A DNA stretch of 64,000 nucleotides from Octopus sinensis (Eukaryota), in contig NC_043004.1 of assembly GCF_006345805.1 (NCBI RefSeq), forward strand, positions 97,278,001 to 97,342,000, in the 5' to 3' direction. The translations under genes were made by a program, and so were the position numbers. The notes below the pieces were generated by a model, which made no database searches, was not told the origin of the DNA, and was given only the letters and a program-made list of their open reading frames with translations. Below, in pieces: positions 62,647-64,000 of this stretch (the stretch's first letter is position 1; each line of letters begins with the position of its first letter).

Positions 62647-64000
62647 GGTAATTGAAATCATAATGTAAAGCGACGGAGAAAATGCTTCTATGCATTTTAT
62701 TCGACGTACTAACAATTATGCCAGCAAACCACAACCGCATAATCAAAACCAACAGAAAGATCCACAAGCTTAACAGCAACCACAGCAACAGCAATTAAAG
62801 AAAAAAAACGATAAATACAACTCAACAAACCGTCACGGAAAAAATAAAAACAAAAACAGTAACATCGATAACAGCAATGTCAGCATCGAAGCAATCAAAA
62901 TGTTCGCCCCCTCTCCACTTCCTGCTATGAATAAAAAAAAAAGCTAAGTTGATGAAGTCCATAACAATTTTGTAATTATTACTATGTACATATATTTTAC
63001 ACAAACTATCAATATGCAACAACTAACGGAATGAAAGATCTTGTGAATAATTCAACAATCTAACATGTTATTTAACGCTAAAGATGGGAGAAGCTACATC
63101 AATGTTGATGGCTTAGAATCTGTGCGTCCGCTGCTACTGAAATACCGTACCGGATAAAAGACCAAGGACTGCCTCGGTTATGCTCACATTTGTAAAGTGT
63201 CTGTCGATAACTATGAATATTCACTAATAGAATATTTGATTTTGTGCTGTCTCTAGCAGTGACTATACTTTGATCAAACCACTGAACATTCTTACAAGAA
63301 TAGTGTTGGACTAAATGTTTGAATGAAATTATTTCTTATCATGCAAAGATGAACAATAGAGTAAATACAAGTAAAAATACAATTAAAGGCTAAGGCTTTG
63401 AAGAGCACATCGCAAAAAAAAAACGAACTAATAGACTCCTGCAAAAGACGTTACCGGAAGACTGTATGACTCCAGGAAATGATATGGAAATTTTCCGAAA
63501 CAGAGAGAACCTTTAGCAGGGCCCTTTCAAGAAAACCCCGTCCTAGCAAGAGCAAATTAATTATCCTTCTCTTAATTACCTCCGCCTAATACAACTATTG
63601 TAATGTGTAGAAGCTTCGCAAACATGCTCAAGTAGTTTCAGCAGCTTAACAAGTATCAATTCAATTTCCTGAATGCGCCGTTTGTGGGCATGGGTAAATC
63701 GCACTGGATTATCTAAATCATGTTTCCATAGAGTATTTGGTTGGTAAATGAAGAGGAATCGTATAAAGTACCGATAATTTTAGTTGCTCACAAATTCATT
63801 TAATCGTGATATAATCTCAATCCAATTCCTGTTTGAATGAACTATGTTTTACATCCTCTTCATATGAATAAGATAACTATCAATAAAGTTCTGGTGTCAG
63901 TTCACAAACTTATATTCTTTTACATATATGTAACCCAATGTGAAACTAAGAAATCAATCTTCTAGATTACCTTTACGTTAAACATTTGATATTTTCCCGA

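Overview
Eukaryotic, AT-rich, repeat-saturated non-coding DNA (intergenic or intronic). The SINE set and the very heavy microsatellite load suggest an octopus or other cephalopod genome; this is inference, and no search was run. I found no intact host protein-coding gene. The ORF track is almost entirely microsatellite, SINE or decayed transposon translations. The window holds several tRNA-headed SINE families, labelled here A, A2, B, C, F, G and H as working names. Decayed LINEs of the CR1, RTE and R4/Dong types, a Ty3/Gypsy RT-RNase H remnant, three Helitrons, two mariner derivatives and Penelope-like termini are also present. Most interesting observations: (1) three hammerhead-ribozyme-like motifs, two of them of the minimal dimer type with a palindromic ACGT stem III; (2) a SINE that sits as head+(184 bp)n multimers inside a single target-site duplication; (3) a SINE-B 3' tail matching the 3' end of a CR1 LINE in the same window; (4) all four combinations of two SINE cores and two SINE tails; (5) a mariner built from two inverted 5' ends; (6) Dong/R4 elements in (TAA)n arrays; (7) a 78 bp target-site duplication. 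Coordinates were read by hand; boundaries of decayed elements are approximate.
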